Notes under the pieces: model-generated
What the model saw: only the letters and a program-made list of their open reading frames with translations
What the model was told of the DNA's origin: nothing
Databases searched by the model: none
Part shown: positions 25,355-36,022 of the stretch, one piece after another
How positions within the stretch are numbered: the first letter of the stretch is position 1
Layout: every line of letters starts with the position of its first letter
Translations under genes and position numbers: made by a program
Source: a virus
Lineage: Duplodnaviria > Caudoviricetes
Virus record (IMG/VR): IMGVR_UViG_3300024270_000002
Length of the DNA: 64,000 bases
Strand: one strand, 5' to 3'

Positions 25355-26125
25355 ATGAAGTTATTTTGTGTTTCAGATATACATAGCTTTTATACACCGT
25401 TTAAAAAAGCTTTAGACGACGCTGGTTTTGAAAAAGATAATCCAACTCACTACCTTGTCAGCTGCGGGGATGTGCTAGACCGTGGTAGCGAAAGCGAGGA
25501 AGTGCTCCATTTCCTGATGTCACTTGAAAGAAAGATCCTTGTAAAGGGTAATCACGATCTTCTTCTTGAAGAATGTTGCATGAGAGAATTTCCGTATAGC
25601 TATGATGTATCGAACGGGACTGTAAAAACGATCAATGACATCGGCGGCGCTGGAGAAGGTTATCCTTTTGATAAGTGCTGTGAAAATACTTGGAATAGGA
25701 CCGCCGCGTATCGAGCTTCACTTGTAAATTATTTTGAGACTGAAAATTATATTTTTGTTCATTCGTGGGTGCCTCTTAAATGCTTAGACGACATGCCCAA
25801 GCATTATACTAAGAATAGACAGTTTGAATATGACCCTGAATGGCGTACTGCAGACAGAGATTCTTGGGAGCAAGCTATGTGGGGTAATCCTTTCGAACTT
25901 GCTGAGCGGGGACTTAATCATACAGGCAAAACTATAGTATTCGGACACTTCCATACGAGTTGGCCAAGAGCTAAATATGAGGGGAAGCCCGAGTTTGACG
26001 AGGGTGCGGATTTTTCATCGTATTACGGTGATGGTTATATTGCACTAGATGCTTGCACTGTCCATACCGGAAAAGTTAATGTTTTAGTTATTGAAGATAA
26101 TTTTTTAAATAAGGAAGGTATTTAA
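25355..26125 (+). CDS. Calcineurin-like metallophosphoesterase
   Basis: SDIH, GDVLDRG, GNHD, FGHFH, LDAC. Confidence 0.85.
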   Translation: MKLFCVSDIHSFYTPFKKALDDAGFEKDNPTHYLVSCGDVLDRGSESEEVLHFLMSLERKILVKGNHDLLLEECCMREFPYSYDVSNGTVKTINDIGGAGEGYPFDKCCENTWNRTAAYRASLVNYFETENYIFVHSWVPLKCLDDMPKHYTKNRQFEYDPEWRTADRDSWEQAMWGNPFELAERGLNHTGKTIVFGHFHTSWPRAKYEGKPEFDEGADFSSYYGDGYIALDACTVHTGKVNVLVIEDNFLNKEGI

Positions 26126-26127
26126 TT

Positions 26128-26403
26128 ATGTTTATTATTAGCGGTGAAAGAGGAACTGGAAAGACGAAAGCTCTGCTTGAAAGAGCAAAAGCGGAAGGCG
26201 GTATTGTAGTGTGTAGGGATCCTGAGAAGATGAGAGAGCGTGCACATAGATACGGTATTGTAGGACTTGATATTGTAGGTTATAACGACATTTATACTGT
26301 TGACTCTTATATCGCAAGTAAGCCTGTATATATTCACGATATTAATAAGTTTATTGAGTATAATATACCAGAGGCCAAGGGCTATACCTTGAGTATTGAC
26401 TAA
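26128..26403 (+). CDS. Small P-loop protein
   Basis: GERGTGKT. Confidence 0.6.
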   Translation: MFIISGERGTGKTKALLERAKAEGGIVVCRDPEKMRERAHRYGIVGLDIVGYNDIYTVDSYIASKPVYIHDINKFIEYNIPEAKGYTLSID

Positions 26404-26615
26404 TGGATAAGAAATTTATTTATGGTGCTCGCGATATTTCGACAGGTAAGCTTGTTAATGACATAACAAATCCCGGTCGAAAGTTTTGGGAAATGAAAGG
26501 TAATTGTATGAACGCTATTAACGCATATAATAACCGAACTTCTTATTCAAGACGTTGGCATAAGCACGGCCCGCTTGAGCTCGTTGTTTTTGAACTTGTT
26601 GAAGTTAAGGAGTAA
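26403..26615 (+). CDS. Hypothetical protein
   Basis: Coupled ORF. Confidence 0.55.
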   Translation: MDKKFIYGARDISTGKLVNDITNPGRKFWEMKGNCMNAINAYNNRTSYSRRWHKHGPLELVVFELVEVKE

Positions 26616-26620
26616 GAAAA

Positions 26621-26827
26621 ATGACAGTAATTTATTATGGCGCAGATTATCCTAGCGACCACCTTCTTAAGCTTACAAAAGTAATTAAAAAGCAGCTCGG
26701 TGATGATGTTTTGTTTGTACCTAAAGACTTTTAAGTAATGCTTGACTGCTCGTTAGAACAACTAGAGTCAGTTAAGACGACTATTGAAGAGGCTATTGAA
26801 AAGATAAAGCAAAAAGAAAATAAGTAA
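26621..26827 (+). pseudogene. Paralog of the 2897 N-domain with in-frame TAA at 26732
   Basis: VIYYG...LGDDVLFVPKDF*VMLDCSLEQL vs VLYYK...YGDRIIALPQDI...LSIQDL. Confidence 0.5.
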
Positions 26828-26918
26828 AGGCAAAAGAAAGTTGGTTTATAATGACTAACTTTCTTTTTATCTTATTGTATAATATTATAACTAAAAATAT
26901 ATCTAAAGGAGCTTTATT

Positions 26919-27092
26919 ATGAGTAGACCTGAAAAAATGTTTAAGATACTTTATGCAGCAGATGAAATTTGTCCAGCGTGTGGCACATATTCTGCTGATG
27001 GAAATGTCTGTAATGCATGTCAAGAAGCGTTTAATGTTTTTGAACCACATAAGTTTTACTCAGAAGATGGTGATGTATTACAGATGAATTAA
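26919..27092 (+). CDS. Small Zn-ribbon protein
   Basis: CPACG...CNAC; SD AAAGGAG; not in the ORF track. Confidence 0.55.
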   Translation: MSRPEKMFKILYAADEICPACGTYSADGNVCNACQEAFNVFEPHKFYSEDGDVLQMN

Positions 27093-27221
27093 TGAGACTT
27101 GCTATTAAACATGTTTAAAATGTTGTAAATTAATTATAAAGTTAAAGCTGTATATTGATTTATATGGTTTTAACTTTATATTTTTAATAAATCTATTTGC
27201 TAAATTATTTGATAAAAAGTT

Positions 27222-27893
27222 ATGTTAGGAGGTCTTGCTTTGATTACTAAAGCGATTATACAGTCAATAAATCCAGCTGGCAATCGTTGTAAAGTAAGAA
27301 TGCCGCTATTTGAAACAGCTGCAAACCATAATCCAATAGTTGCTGAAGCACTCGTAAACATACCACCAGGCATGTTTAACAGTTTTGCCGTAGGTGACGT
27401 AGTATTTGTAGCATTTGAAGAAAACGCTTTAGAAAAACCAATAATACTTGGTAAGCTATTTAGGGGTGCTGAAATAGAGGGAAATATTCGCGGTGGAGGC
27501 GGAGTGCTAGATACATTGAAAGTGCGATCTGCTGCTGCAATACCATCGTCGACGCTTTTCGTATTTCCAACTGCAACTCAACAAAACTATAAAGAATTTA
27601 ATACACCAAAAAAGCAAGCTGACTATATAAAATGGCTAGAAAAACTTACTAAAAAATTGTTTAAACAGTCAGAAGAACACTTTAAATGTTTTAAAAACTG
27701 GGTGCAGTGGCAGCTCCGCCCTGAGAATGTTGAAATAGACGACGGTGATTTGGACTTGGATGTTGCTGTGACTGAGCCTTTTAAGTACCAAGAAGAGGGT
27801 GACGCGTGTCAAATTTGCGGACGAGACTGTCCTAAAAATAAAAAACGTACTTATGCAGAGCTACCTATTAATAAAAATTATCCAGATACTTAA
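27222..27893 (+). CDS. Baseplate spike/assembly-type protein (OB-fold N-terminus)
   Basis: KVRMP...VGDVVFVAFE....PIILG; late motif upstream. Confidence 0.55.
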   Translation: MLGGLALITKAIIQSINPAGNRCKVRMPLFETAANHNPIVAEALVNIPPGMFNSFAVGDVVFVAFEENALEKPIILGKLFRGAEIEGNIRGGGGVLDTLKVRSAAAIPSSTLFVFPTATQQNYKEFNTPKKQADYIKWLEKLTKKLFKQSEEHFKCFKNWVQWQLRPENVEIDDGDLDLDVAVTEPFKYQEEGDACQICGRDCPKNKKRTYAELPINKNYPDT

Positions 27894-27905
27894 GTTAGGA
27901 GGTAT

Positions 27906-28301
27906 TTGATGCGTTCATTTAAATTTCCGAAAATGTTTAAATCAAATAGTTCTCAAATTTGGCGTGAAGATGAGTATGGTAAGGCTACTAAGCAAAATAG
28001 TTTATTGCTGTTGCAATCTGAGCGTGGTGAATTTGAATGTGACCCATATTTCGGTATATTATTAAAACACTATATGTTTAATCAAAATAGTTATATACTT
28101 AAAGATATGCTAATTGATACTATATATACTCAGATAGCAATTTTTTTGCCACAAATCAAGATATCTAGAAATTCAATCGATATAGTCTCCGATAATATAA
28201 AAGGTAGACTTTATTGCCGTTTTTCAGGAATTAACCAGATTGATTATACACACAATACTTTTAATTTATTACTATTTGACGAAACTCGCCAGATTTCATA
28301 A
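27906..28301 (+). CDS. gp25-like baseplate wedge / sheath initiator
   Basis: ERGEFECDPYFG...FLPQI. Confidence 0.7.
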   Translation: MMRSFKFPKMFKSNSSQIWREDEYGKATKQNSLLLLQSERGEFECDPYFGILLKHYMFNQNSYILKDMLIDTIYTQIAIFLPQIKISRNSIDIVSDNIKGRLYCRFSGINQIDYTHNTFNLLLFDETRQIS

Positions 28302-28317
28302 GAAAGGAAGTCTATAA

Positions 28318-31300
28318 ATGCTTACAAAAAATGAAATTGCCACCTTAAACTTATCTCCAACTAAAAAAGATTTTGTTCAAATATGGAATGAGCTTTTGGA
28401 AGTTGCAGGTAGGCTATCTGAACGGTGGGACCCGACAAGTACTAACGAGAGTGACCCTGGTATTGTCATATTAAAAGCACTTGCTGGTATTGCTGATAAG
28501 TTAAATTATAATATTGATAAAAACACTCTTGAGGCTTTTATGCCAACAGCAGCACAGGAAGACTCTATGCGCAAGTTATGTGACATGTTGGGCTATAACG
28601 TTAAATACTATAGATCTGCTGAGACTGCTGTTACCATTAGATATTATAATTCAGAACCCTCAGATGATGAAAAGTCAGCCTTAGAGATAGGCCTTGCTAT
28701 TCCAAAATTTACCGCTATTACAAACGGTGATCAAGATATTAATTATTTTACTACTAATCAGACTGACGTCTATATTTCATCAACAACCCCATCTATTACA
28801 CTCAGCTGCATGGAAGGTCAGATTGTTAAATGTGAGAGTACTTCAGATAATAATGTAATTACAGCAAGTCAGATTTCTGAACGTAATAGATTTTATCTGC
28901 CAGAGGCACAAATAGCAGAAAATGGTATATTTGTGTATAACGTAGCATTTGACCAGAAGGACGGTGCCAATTGGGAAAAGGTAGATAATTTAAATATCCA
29001 GAGGCGTGGATCTCGTGTTTTTAAGTTTGGTTACGATTCCTATGAAGGACGTCCTTATATCGAATTTCCAGAAGACTATAGTGAATTAATTAACGATGGT
29101 CTTTTTATATATTATGCTAGAACAAGCGGTGCAAACGGAAACATCTCTGCCAGAACATTATCTCAGCTCGAACCGCCAAGTTCCTGGAGTGGTATATCTG
29201 CTGAGAGCTTTAGTGTTGAGAATGCTTTTGCCGCTACTACTGGAGCCAATCTTGAAACGATTAATCAAGCTTATAACAGTTTTAAGAAAACTATCGGTAC
29301 ATTTGAAACGCTCGTTACATGTAGAGACTATATGAATAAAATCTATACAATGACTGCAGACGATACAGGTAAGCCTTTGGTGTCAAACGTATTAGTTACA
29401 GATATTAGAAATGACTTGAATAGGGCTATTACTATTTGCAGCTGTGATGATGCAGGCATTTTCTATAAAGATACTCCATTGACTGCACCTGTTACAAAGA
29501 CACTTAAAGTCAAAGATGGCAATGTTGTTAAAATGGTGACTGCTGAAGTAGAGGAGCCTGTAATAAATCACTTTGACCTGGTGCTATATCCGTTTAAGGC
29601 CTATAATCAGATTAGGGGCAATGTTACCGATATCCAAGAGGTTTACGATTCTTCTTTTAAGTATAATCCAAAAATGCTAACAGACATAAAAAGTAAGCTA
29701 GATGATTATAAAACAATCGCACACACTATAAAAGAGCCGAGACTTGGTGATGTTATTAGTATAAATAACTATCTTAGACTAAATGCGGTTATAGGTACTA
29801 ATACTAAAATTACAGTAGAAGAAAGAACCTTATTAGTCGATACTATTAAAATTGCTCTTGCTAATGCTTTTAATATGCGTGAGCTTGACTTTGGTGAGGA
29901 AATTCCTTTTGATAGCATTGTAGAAGTTATTGAGAAAGCAGATGCTAGAATTAAGATAGTATCTTTAGCAGAGCCTGCCTTATACACAACATTCTCTGTA
30001 TTAGACGGGTATAATGATAATACTCCAGTAGTTCGTGAGTACGCAGTAGCTTCTGATTGGCTGACCGAAGAGACTGCAGATGCAGTTGGACGGTTTGACT
30101 ATACAGACGGACACACATTTAATACACAAGAAGCAAAGAAGATTTATAATAGACTAGCAGTACGTAATGTGCTTGCCGGTAGAGTACCTTTATTTAAATA
30201 TAACGATACTTTTAAAACTAGCTTTTCTGAAGGCGCATACCGTACCACTAAAAATGTTTTAGAGGATGAGATACCTGAACAGCTACGTACGCCAACTAGC
30301 ACAGAACCATTTACCATTTATACTGATAAGAATGATACTTACACCGGTCAGTTGGTTTCACAAGTAGAAAAACCTGTGAATTTTCCTGACGATGTTTCTA
30401 AGTGGTATGATGATACTGAAAAGGTTTATTATGTTAAACAACCAGGTATTGATCAGCCTGTATACTCTAAGCTCGTTTATACGAAAACATCTGTTCCAAA
30501 AAACTATATTAATAATATAATAGCTAAGACAGACGACGGTAACAATATTACTGAAATTGTAACAAGCTGTGTGATAAATTCCGATAAAGATGCTGCAGGA
30601 GAACCTACATATGAAATCTCAGACGTAACGCTAGCTGCAGGTGAAACAGTAAAATTTAGGGCTCCTAATTTTACTACTGATAGAACATACCCTGCCTATG
30701 TTAACTATCATCTTAAATTGAAAACTGCAACCGCGCGTGTGGCGGAGGCTGCGAAGGCATACACATTATCCAGTTTGCTGAACTCTCAGGTCGATGGTCG
30801 CGGATTGACCCCAGACGAAAGGCGACAGAGAGCGCTTAATTACTTTGCAGCAGCAGGCCATAAGCATACTTTTACACTTACGCAAAAAGTACTGAAGAAA
30901 ACTTCAGATAGTATCGATAAAGAAGATGAGTTTACATTAATAAAAATTGAAAATGACTCAAGTATAATAACTAAAGAAAAACCAGAAGATATCTTAATTA
31001 AGAGTGGTTTTGTAAAACTTACTAACACAAAGCCAACTCTTGCCTGGATAGATGGGCCTAAGAACTCTAAGCCAGATTTGGATATACCTAAACTAGATTT
31101 AGGTGACTCTTTGTTTATTGTAAACGCTGGAGTGTTTACTAATATTAAAACGGAAGTAGACGAGTATATAACTTATTTAAATACAAATTACCCTAATAAG
31201 CTTCCAACAGAGTATGACTGGACGATTTCTTATACTTTTGAATATGTACCATTTGAGGAGGCAACACTATCAGAGTGGAAAAATTTTATCATTTCTAATG

Positions 31301-34300
31301 GTAGACTGCTCTTTGGCTTCTATCCAGTAGTAGAAAGCGAAACGGTGCTGTGGCACGCAACAGCTGGTGGATATAACTTAGGTAAAAATGTACTTTCAAA
31401 TACGGCTAAGTTATTAGCATTCACGCGGGGCGATTTCGGATTCCTAGACTCTTTTACAACTCGCTTATTAGGTGTGTATGTAGCAGAAGACCTTGGAAGC
31501 GATCAAAAAGCTACTAGTATCGCCAATGACGAAGAGTATATGCTACGTAGTGGCGAAAAGCTATTTATCGAGTATACTCCTTCAACTACTACGGAAGATG
31601 GTGCTAGCCAAGACCAAGCCGTAGTCACAGAAGTTTTTGGAGAAGGGACCATAATTAAGCCGAGTGGGTTTGAAAGTAATTTAATAGACTCTTCTGTTTA
31701 TCAACAGGACCACACTCCTCCTAAAAAGGTCAGCTTTACTGATAGTGATAAAGACATACCATTATTCAGCTTGGGGGCAAGCGAGCAAATAGAAATTCGT
31801 GAGCTTGCTAAAGTAACCTTGAATAGAGAAAATCTTCCTAATACACCACAGATTTATGTTTATAAAAACTTTAATAACTGCCCAGAATTAGAAAAGCTTT
31901 CTACAGACGGTAGTAGTTATTCAGGCGGAAAGCGTATAAATAGTTCTTACACTTTAAAAGACGGTGAGTACATTTTTTATACTGACCAAAACATGACAGA
32001 GTTTGCTTATTTTACTTCCGGCACTGAAGTTACCCTTTATGGTTCTACAGTTCTACCACAGTTTGATATCATAGACCTTGCGACTATTTTTGACAACGGT
32101 ATTCAAGAGATTCCTTGGAAATTAATACCGTTAGTAAATGATAATGGTATTAATTTCCAAGAGTATCAGTATGTTACTTTGGGTGAAGGCGATACCCTTA
32201 ATCGCATATTTTTAGCAGGTTTACGTCCATTAAATGAGTCATGGCAAATGTGTGATAAAGTAGAATATACTATGGCTGGAGCGAAGAAAGACGCGCTACC
32301 TAAGATTAATATATTTGATGCTACTAACAGCGGAAATGGCTGGGAAGCATGTAGCGCACTTGAATTAAAGGTATCTCAGGATACTGCACAGACGTTACGT
32401 AAAACGGATAAAATAGAAACTAAGATTGTTCTTAAAGATAGTAATAATGAAACGTTTATGACGCTAGAAGCTGAGAAGGAACATCCGGTATCTTTCAAGA
32501 CAAATCTTCCGTGTCAAACAAGTAGTGGTAAGTTAAACATTTCAGACCTATACACAAACCCAAATAAGCTGAAAAGCTTTGAACTGAAGGTTTTTGCAGA
32601 AGAGACGCCTGCTATAATAAAAACAAAAACTGGTACACTGATACCTTACCAAGATGATACTGCCAAAGACTTAGTAGATGTTGCAAATTGGCCAGTTGAC
32701 CAAACGCTTTCTGTCAATGACTTTGGTACTTTGTGGAAGCCCGTGGCATTATCAAGTCTTACTTTTGCCGAAGATGACCCTTATACTAATGCCTTAAGGC
32801 TATCAGTTAGTACAATACCAAATACTTATGGCATTTTTAGTATTTATCTAGACTACAGAAAAACAGAGCCCTTATATGCTCAGACCTGGATAGAGCTTCT
32901 TCCTGGAGTAGACACGCAAAATGTTGAGCTATTCAATAGTACAGTTAAATGGGAAGATAATAAGCTAATGTTACATTCTGGTATTAACTGTATTCGTGTT
33001 AATAAAACAAGTGATCTCTTTATTAAGACAAAAGCTACTGACGGTGCATTGTATTTTGACAGCATTAGACTTGTAGACTGCCGTCCTGTTGAGTATATAG
33101 AAAATGGTAATAAGGTAGCTAAAGTCACACAGGGACTGAATCTATCTCAAATAGGCTATTTAGATACTTCCGACGATAGTACTTTTAGTGTGTTTGACAG
33201 TCGTATTCGTAAAAAACTGCGTGATGAGCTTACGAATTCCGCCCTTGATAGTTTAGAAGAAAGGGCTAACGAAGAGTCTGCTATCTTTGCAAGTACTTGG
33301 GATGAGTTACTCGTGTCTAAGACGGCTATGCAAGATCTAGTAGACTGTATAACTAGCGCTATCACCGAGATTGAGTTACTTAATACATCTAACGGTACAG
33401 ATACACCTTCCGAAAAAGAAGAAGAGCTCATAGCCATCTTTGATAAATATAAGCAGATTTCGGAAAAACTAGATAAAGAGAAAAACCTAAAAACTGCTTT
33501 AGATAATAATAGTACTGTTGATGAGCTTGAGCGTCAACTAGCAGACCTTGCTAGCAGTCTTACAAATACTGAAACAGAGCGCCAAGACTTGCTGACCAAA
33601 TTGGAGCTTGTAAAAGCGGGCGCAGAAACTAACGCTAATAATTTTTCTAAGGATACTTTGCGTAATGGCGATATTTTAGACGATTTTGTGAATGCCGCTG
33701 ATATTGTATTGCAGCCAAGCCTAGTAGACGATATTAAATTTGCTAGTATGCGTAAAATAAATACTCGTTATGGAGAGCAGCTAGACAGTCTGGCGGCTGA
33801 TATCGAAAATGTTTTAAAATCAGAAGAAGCTTTAAATAATTCGTTAAGTTATTTACACGCGACAAAACATACCGTGTTATTAGAACAAGTCGAGGCACTG
33901 ATAAGCACGTATGAGGCATCTTTGAGCTCGTCTATTAAAGACGTACAGGATCTTGCTATAGGAACAGACAAAGAGGGTGTTATTGTAGTAGACTATACTG
34001 CCTTAGAGTCTGCATTAAATAGCTTAAAAGAGCATATAAGTACTACTGGTATTAGTCTACTAATTGCTAGAATTGAGTCTACTGCAGACAGTAGTTTATA
34101 TACTGAGCTTGCTGAAACGATAGATGCTTTAAAACTTTTACTTGAGGCGCAAGGAACAAATAGTAATATTATAACAGCTATCGATTCTGTAATTACTCTT
34201 GTACAAAATAAAAACAATAGCAAGCCAGATGAGACCATAAAAGGTAATTTGGAGTCTATTAAAGGTGATATTTCTAATTATTATACTGCAAAATTACAAA

Positions 34301-36009
34301 TTGCTTTGGACAGTATAGATAATATACTTTCCTCATTAGAGGATACTTATAAGGGAGCTAAAGACTATCTTGACAATCAAGAGGATGCGCAGATCAAGCT
34401 TATTTTAAGCAGACTTGAGAATATTTCTAACACTGCTACTGCCTGCTTAGACTTGGTGAAGACCTTTGGTGCCGCATCTGATTTTAACATTACGACTGAT
34501 TATGCGTGTTTACCGTTTGGAGAAGATGCCGTCTTGACGACTTGGCCGGTATACATGCGACAGGCGCTAATATCTGGAATTGGGTTACTTTATGAATATA
34601 CTCGAAATGCGGCAAATAGCCGACAAATAGATTTTGAAGCAGCTATTAATGCGTTAGAAAACCGAGCAGTTCTTGCACAAGCTGCCGACCTTAAAGCTTT
34701 TAATACACTATTTAATACTGCAAAAACTTTAGCAGCTCGTATTAGCCAGAATCATTATTATGAACTAGCTATTGCTGATCTTGCAAATCTAATCGTACCA
34801 TCAAGCGAACTAAAAGAGTTACTTGATGCCGAGAACGACTACGTATTAATGCATCTCATCTCCGAGTTTAAAGATACTGCAAATGTTGCAGAGCAGCAAC
34901 GATTAATTACAGAACTTAAGAGTGAGCTCGATAATGTAATTAAGCTAGATACGAAGTTAGCTGAAATAAGCGCAAAATTATTATGCCCTAGTATATTGCT
35001 TGCGGATAGCAATAAAAAATTATCTGAAAATAGTGTGTTCTTTGAAAGATTCTTGAATTACGCTGTTGGCAAAAAGAAGACACTTTTAACGTTGTCTAGT
35101 AACTTTACCATGGAGCTGAATTCACTGACAGCTGAACTTGAAGAAGCTCTTGCGACAACTGGTTCTCTGCTTAATGCAATAAAAGCTGGGGATATAGCTC
35201 AGTTTGACGTTAACAAGTGGGAAAATATTACTACTACAGATGAATCGTCAACTCTACTGTCAGAGTATTATTTAGAAAAGCTAACTAAGCTTAAAGGCAC
35301 TTTAGATATTCAAGAGCTAATAACTAAAATAAAAAATAGTAAGCTCTTTGATTTCTTGAAAAAAAATTTTGTTATTGCTTGGCAAATTTGTGAGATTTAT
35401 GATGAGAAGGTGGACGGCAAGTTAGTTGAGAATACTAGAGAAGTTTGGATAGACGGAGCCGGGGAGTATATAATCCAGAATACTGGCAGTAGCTGGCAAA
35501 CAGTAAATGGCGATATTGTAGAGCTAAGACATTACGCTGATGGTAGATGGACAGATTGCCGCAATGAACAAGAGGTAGAGCTTATCGTTAAATCTGGTGA
35601 TAGCTGGCTAATCGAAGGTAAAGAGGCCTTCTCTGTGACTGATGAAAAGCTAAGTTTGTTGCTAACCGGTACTGACGACAAACCAGGTCTACTTGAACAG
35701 GTAGCGAGCTTGTGCAATAATAGTATTACAAAGTCATTTAAAGATGCTTATAGCATAATAATACTAGAGGAACAGCTTTTAGAGGAACTTAGCGACCTCG
35801 ATAAGAATGGAGATTTTTATTACAGCGTTCCTGTGGAGTCTAACTTTGCTATAGACTTTAATAAAGGTGATTCTACCGCAAATACTTTAATGAACCCTAC
35901 TGTCAATTATGATATCAATAATGTAAATAATAATTTTGTTATTTCAAAAATAGATATTGATTACTTGACAAAAGGACTTCAAATTGCACATTCATCTAGG
36001 CTAAATTAA
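28318..36009 (+). CDS. Giant baseplate wedge protein (gp6/J-like N-terminus), 2563 aa
   Basis: KDF..I..EL, ESDPG, DKLNYNID, LGY, LVT.RDY; position after gp25. Confidence 0.7.
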   Translation: MLTKNEIATLNLSPTKKDFVQIWNELLEVAGRLSERWDPTSTNESDPGIVILKALAGIADKLNYNIDKNTLEAFMPTAAQEDSMRKLCDMLGYNVKYYRSAETAVTIRYYNSEPSDDEKSALEIGLAIPKFTAITNGDQDINYFTTNQTDVYISSTTPSITLSCMEGQIVKCESTSDNNVITASQISERNRFYLPEAQIAENGIFVYNVAFDQKDGANWEKVDNLNIQRRGSRVFKFGYDSYEGRPYIEFPEDYSELINDGLFIYYARTSGANGNISARTLSQLEPPSSWSGISAESFSVENAFAATTGANLETINQAYNSFKKTIGTFETLVTCRDYMNKIYTMTADDTGKPLVSNVLVTDIRNDLNRAITICSCDDAGIFYKDTPLTAPVTKTLKVKDGNVVKMVTAEVEEPVINHFDLVLYPFKAYNQIRGNVTDIQEVYDSSFKYNPKMLTDIKSKLDDYKTIAHTIKEPRLGDVISINNYLRLNAVIGTNTKITVEERTLLVDTIKIALANAFNMRELDFGEEIPFDSIVEVIEKADARIKIVSLAEPALYTTFSVLDGYNDNTPVVREYAVASDWLTEETADAVGRFDYTDGHTFNTQEAKKIYNRLAVRNVLAGRVPLFKYNDTFKTSFSEGAYRTTKNVLEDEIPEQLRTPTSTEPFTIYTDKNDTYTGQLVSQVEKPVNFPDDVSKWYDDTEKVYYVKQPGIDQPVYSKLVYTKTSVPKNYINNIIAKTDDGNNITEIVTSCVINSDKDAAGEPTYEISDVTLAAGETVKFRAPNFTTDRTYPAYVNYHLKLKTATARVAEAAKAYTLSSLLNSQVDGRGLTPDERRQRALNYFAAAGHKHTFTLTQKVLKKTSDSIDKEDEFTLIKIENDSSIITKEKPEDILIKSGFVKLTNTKPTLAWIDGPKNSKPDLDIPKLDLGDSLFIVNAGVFTNIKTEVDEYITYLNTNYPNKLPTEYDWTISYTFEYVPFEEATLSEWKNFIISNGRLLFGFYPVVESETVLWHATAGGYNLGKNVLSNTAKLLAFTRGDFGFLDSFTTRLLGVYVAEDLGSDQKATSIANDEEYMLRSGEKLFIEYTPSTTTEDGASQDQAVVTEVFGEGTIIKPSGFESNLIDSSVYQQDHTPPKKVSFTDSDKDIPLFSLGASEQIEIRELAKVTLNRENLPNTPQIYVYKNFNNCPELEKLSTDGSSYSGGKRINSSYTLKDGEYIFYTDQNMTEFAYFTSGTEVTLYGSTVLPQFDIIDLATIFDNGIQEIPWKLIPLVNDNGINFQEYQYVTLGEGDTLNRIFLAGLRPLNESWQMCDKVEYTMAGAKKDALPKINIFDATNSGNGWEACSALELKVSQDTAQTLRKTDKIETKIVLKDSNNETFMTLEAEKEHPVSFKTNLPCQTSSGKLNISDLYTNPNKLKSFELKVFAEETPAIIKTKTGTLIPYQDDTAKDLVDVANWPVDQTLSVNDFGTLWKPVALSSLTFAEDDPYTNALRLSVSTIPNTYGIFSIYLDYRKTEPLYAQTWIELLPGVDTQNVELFNSTVKWEDNKLMLHSGINCIRVNKTSDLFIKTKATDGALYFDSIRLVDCRPVEYIENGNKVAKVTQGLNLSQIGYLDTSDDSTFSVFDSRIRKKLRDELTNSALDSLEERANEESAIFASTWDELLVSKTAMQDLVDCITSAITEIELLNTSNGTDTPSEKEEELIAIFDKYKQISEKLDKEKNLKTALDNNSTVDELERQLADLASSLTNTETERQDLLTKLELVKAGAETNANNFSKDTLRNGDILDDFVNAADIVLQPSLVDDIKFASMRKINTRYGEQLDSLAADIENVLKSEEALNNSLSYLHATKHTVLLEQVEALISTYEASLSSSIKDVQDLAIGTDKEGVIVVDYTALESALNSLKEHISTTGISLLIARIESTADSSLYTELAETIDALKLLLEAQGTNSNIITAIDSVITLVQNKNNSKPDETIKGNLESIKGDISNYYTAKLQIALDSIDNILSSLEDTYKGAKDYLDNQEDAQIKLILSRLENISNTATACLDLVKTFGAASDFNITTDYACLPFGEDAVLTTWPVYMRQALISGIGLLYEYTRNAANSRQIDFEAAINALENRAVLAQAADLKAFNTLFNTAKTLAARISQNHYYELAIADLANLIVPSSELKELLDAENDYVLMHLISEFKDTANVAEQQRLITELKSELDNVIKLDTKLAEISAKLLCPSILLADSNKKLSENSVFFERFLNYAVGKKKTLLTLSSNFTMELNSLTAELEEALATTGSLLNAIKAGDIAQFDVNKWENITTTDESSTLLSEYYLEKLTKLKGTLDIQELITKIKNSKLFDFLKKNFVIAWQICEIYDEKVDGKLVENTREVWIDGAGEYIIQNTGSSWQTVNGDIVELRHYADGRWTDCRNEQEVELIVKSGDSWLIEGKEAFSVTDEKLSLLLTGTDDKPGLLEQVASLCNNSITKSFKDAYSIIILEEQLLEELSDLDKNGDFYYSVPVESNFAIDFNKGDSTANTLMNPTVNYDINNVNNNFVISKIDIDYLTKGLQIAHSSRLN

Positions 36010-36022
36010 GGAGGACTTCGTA

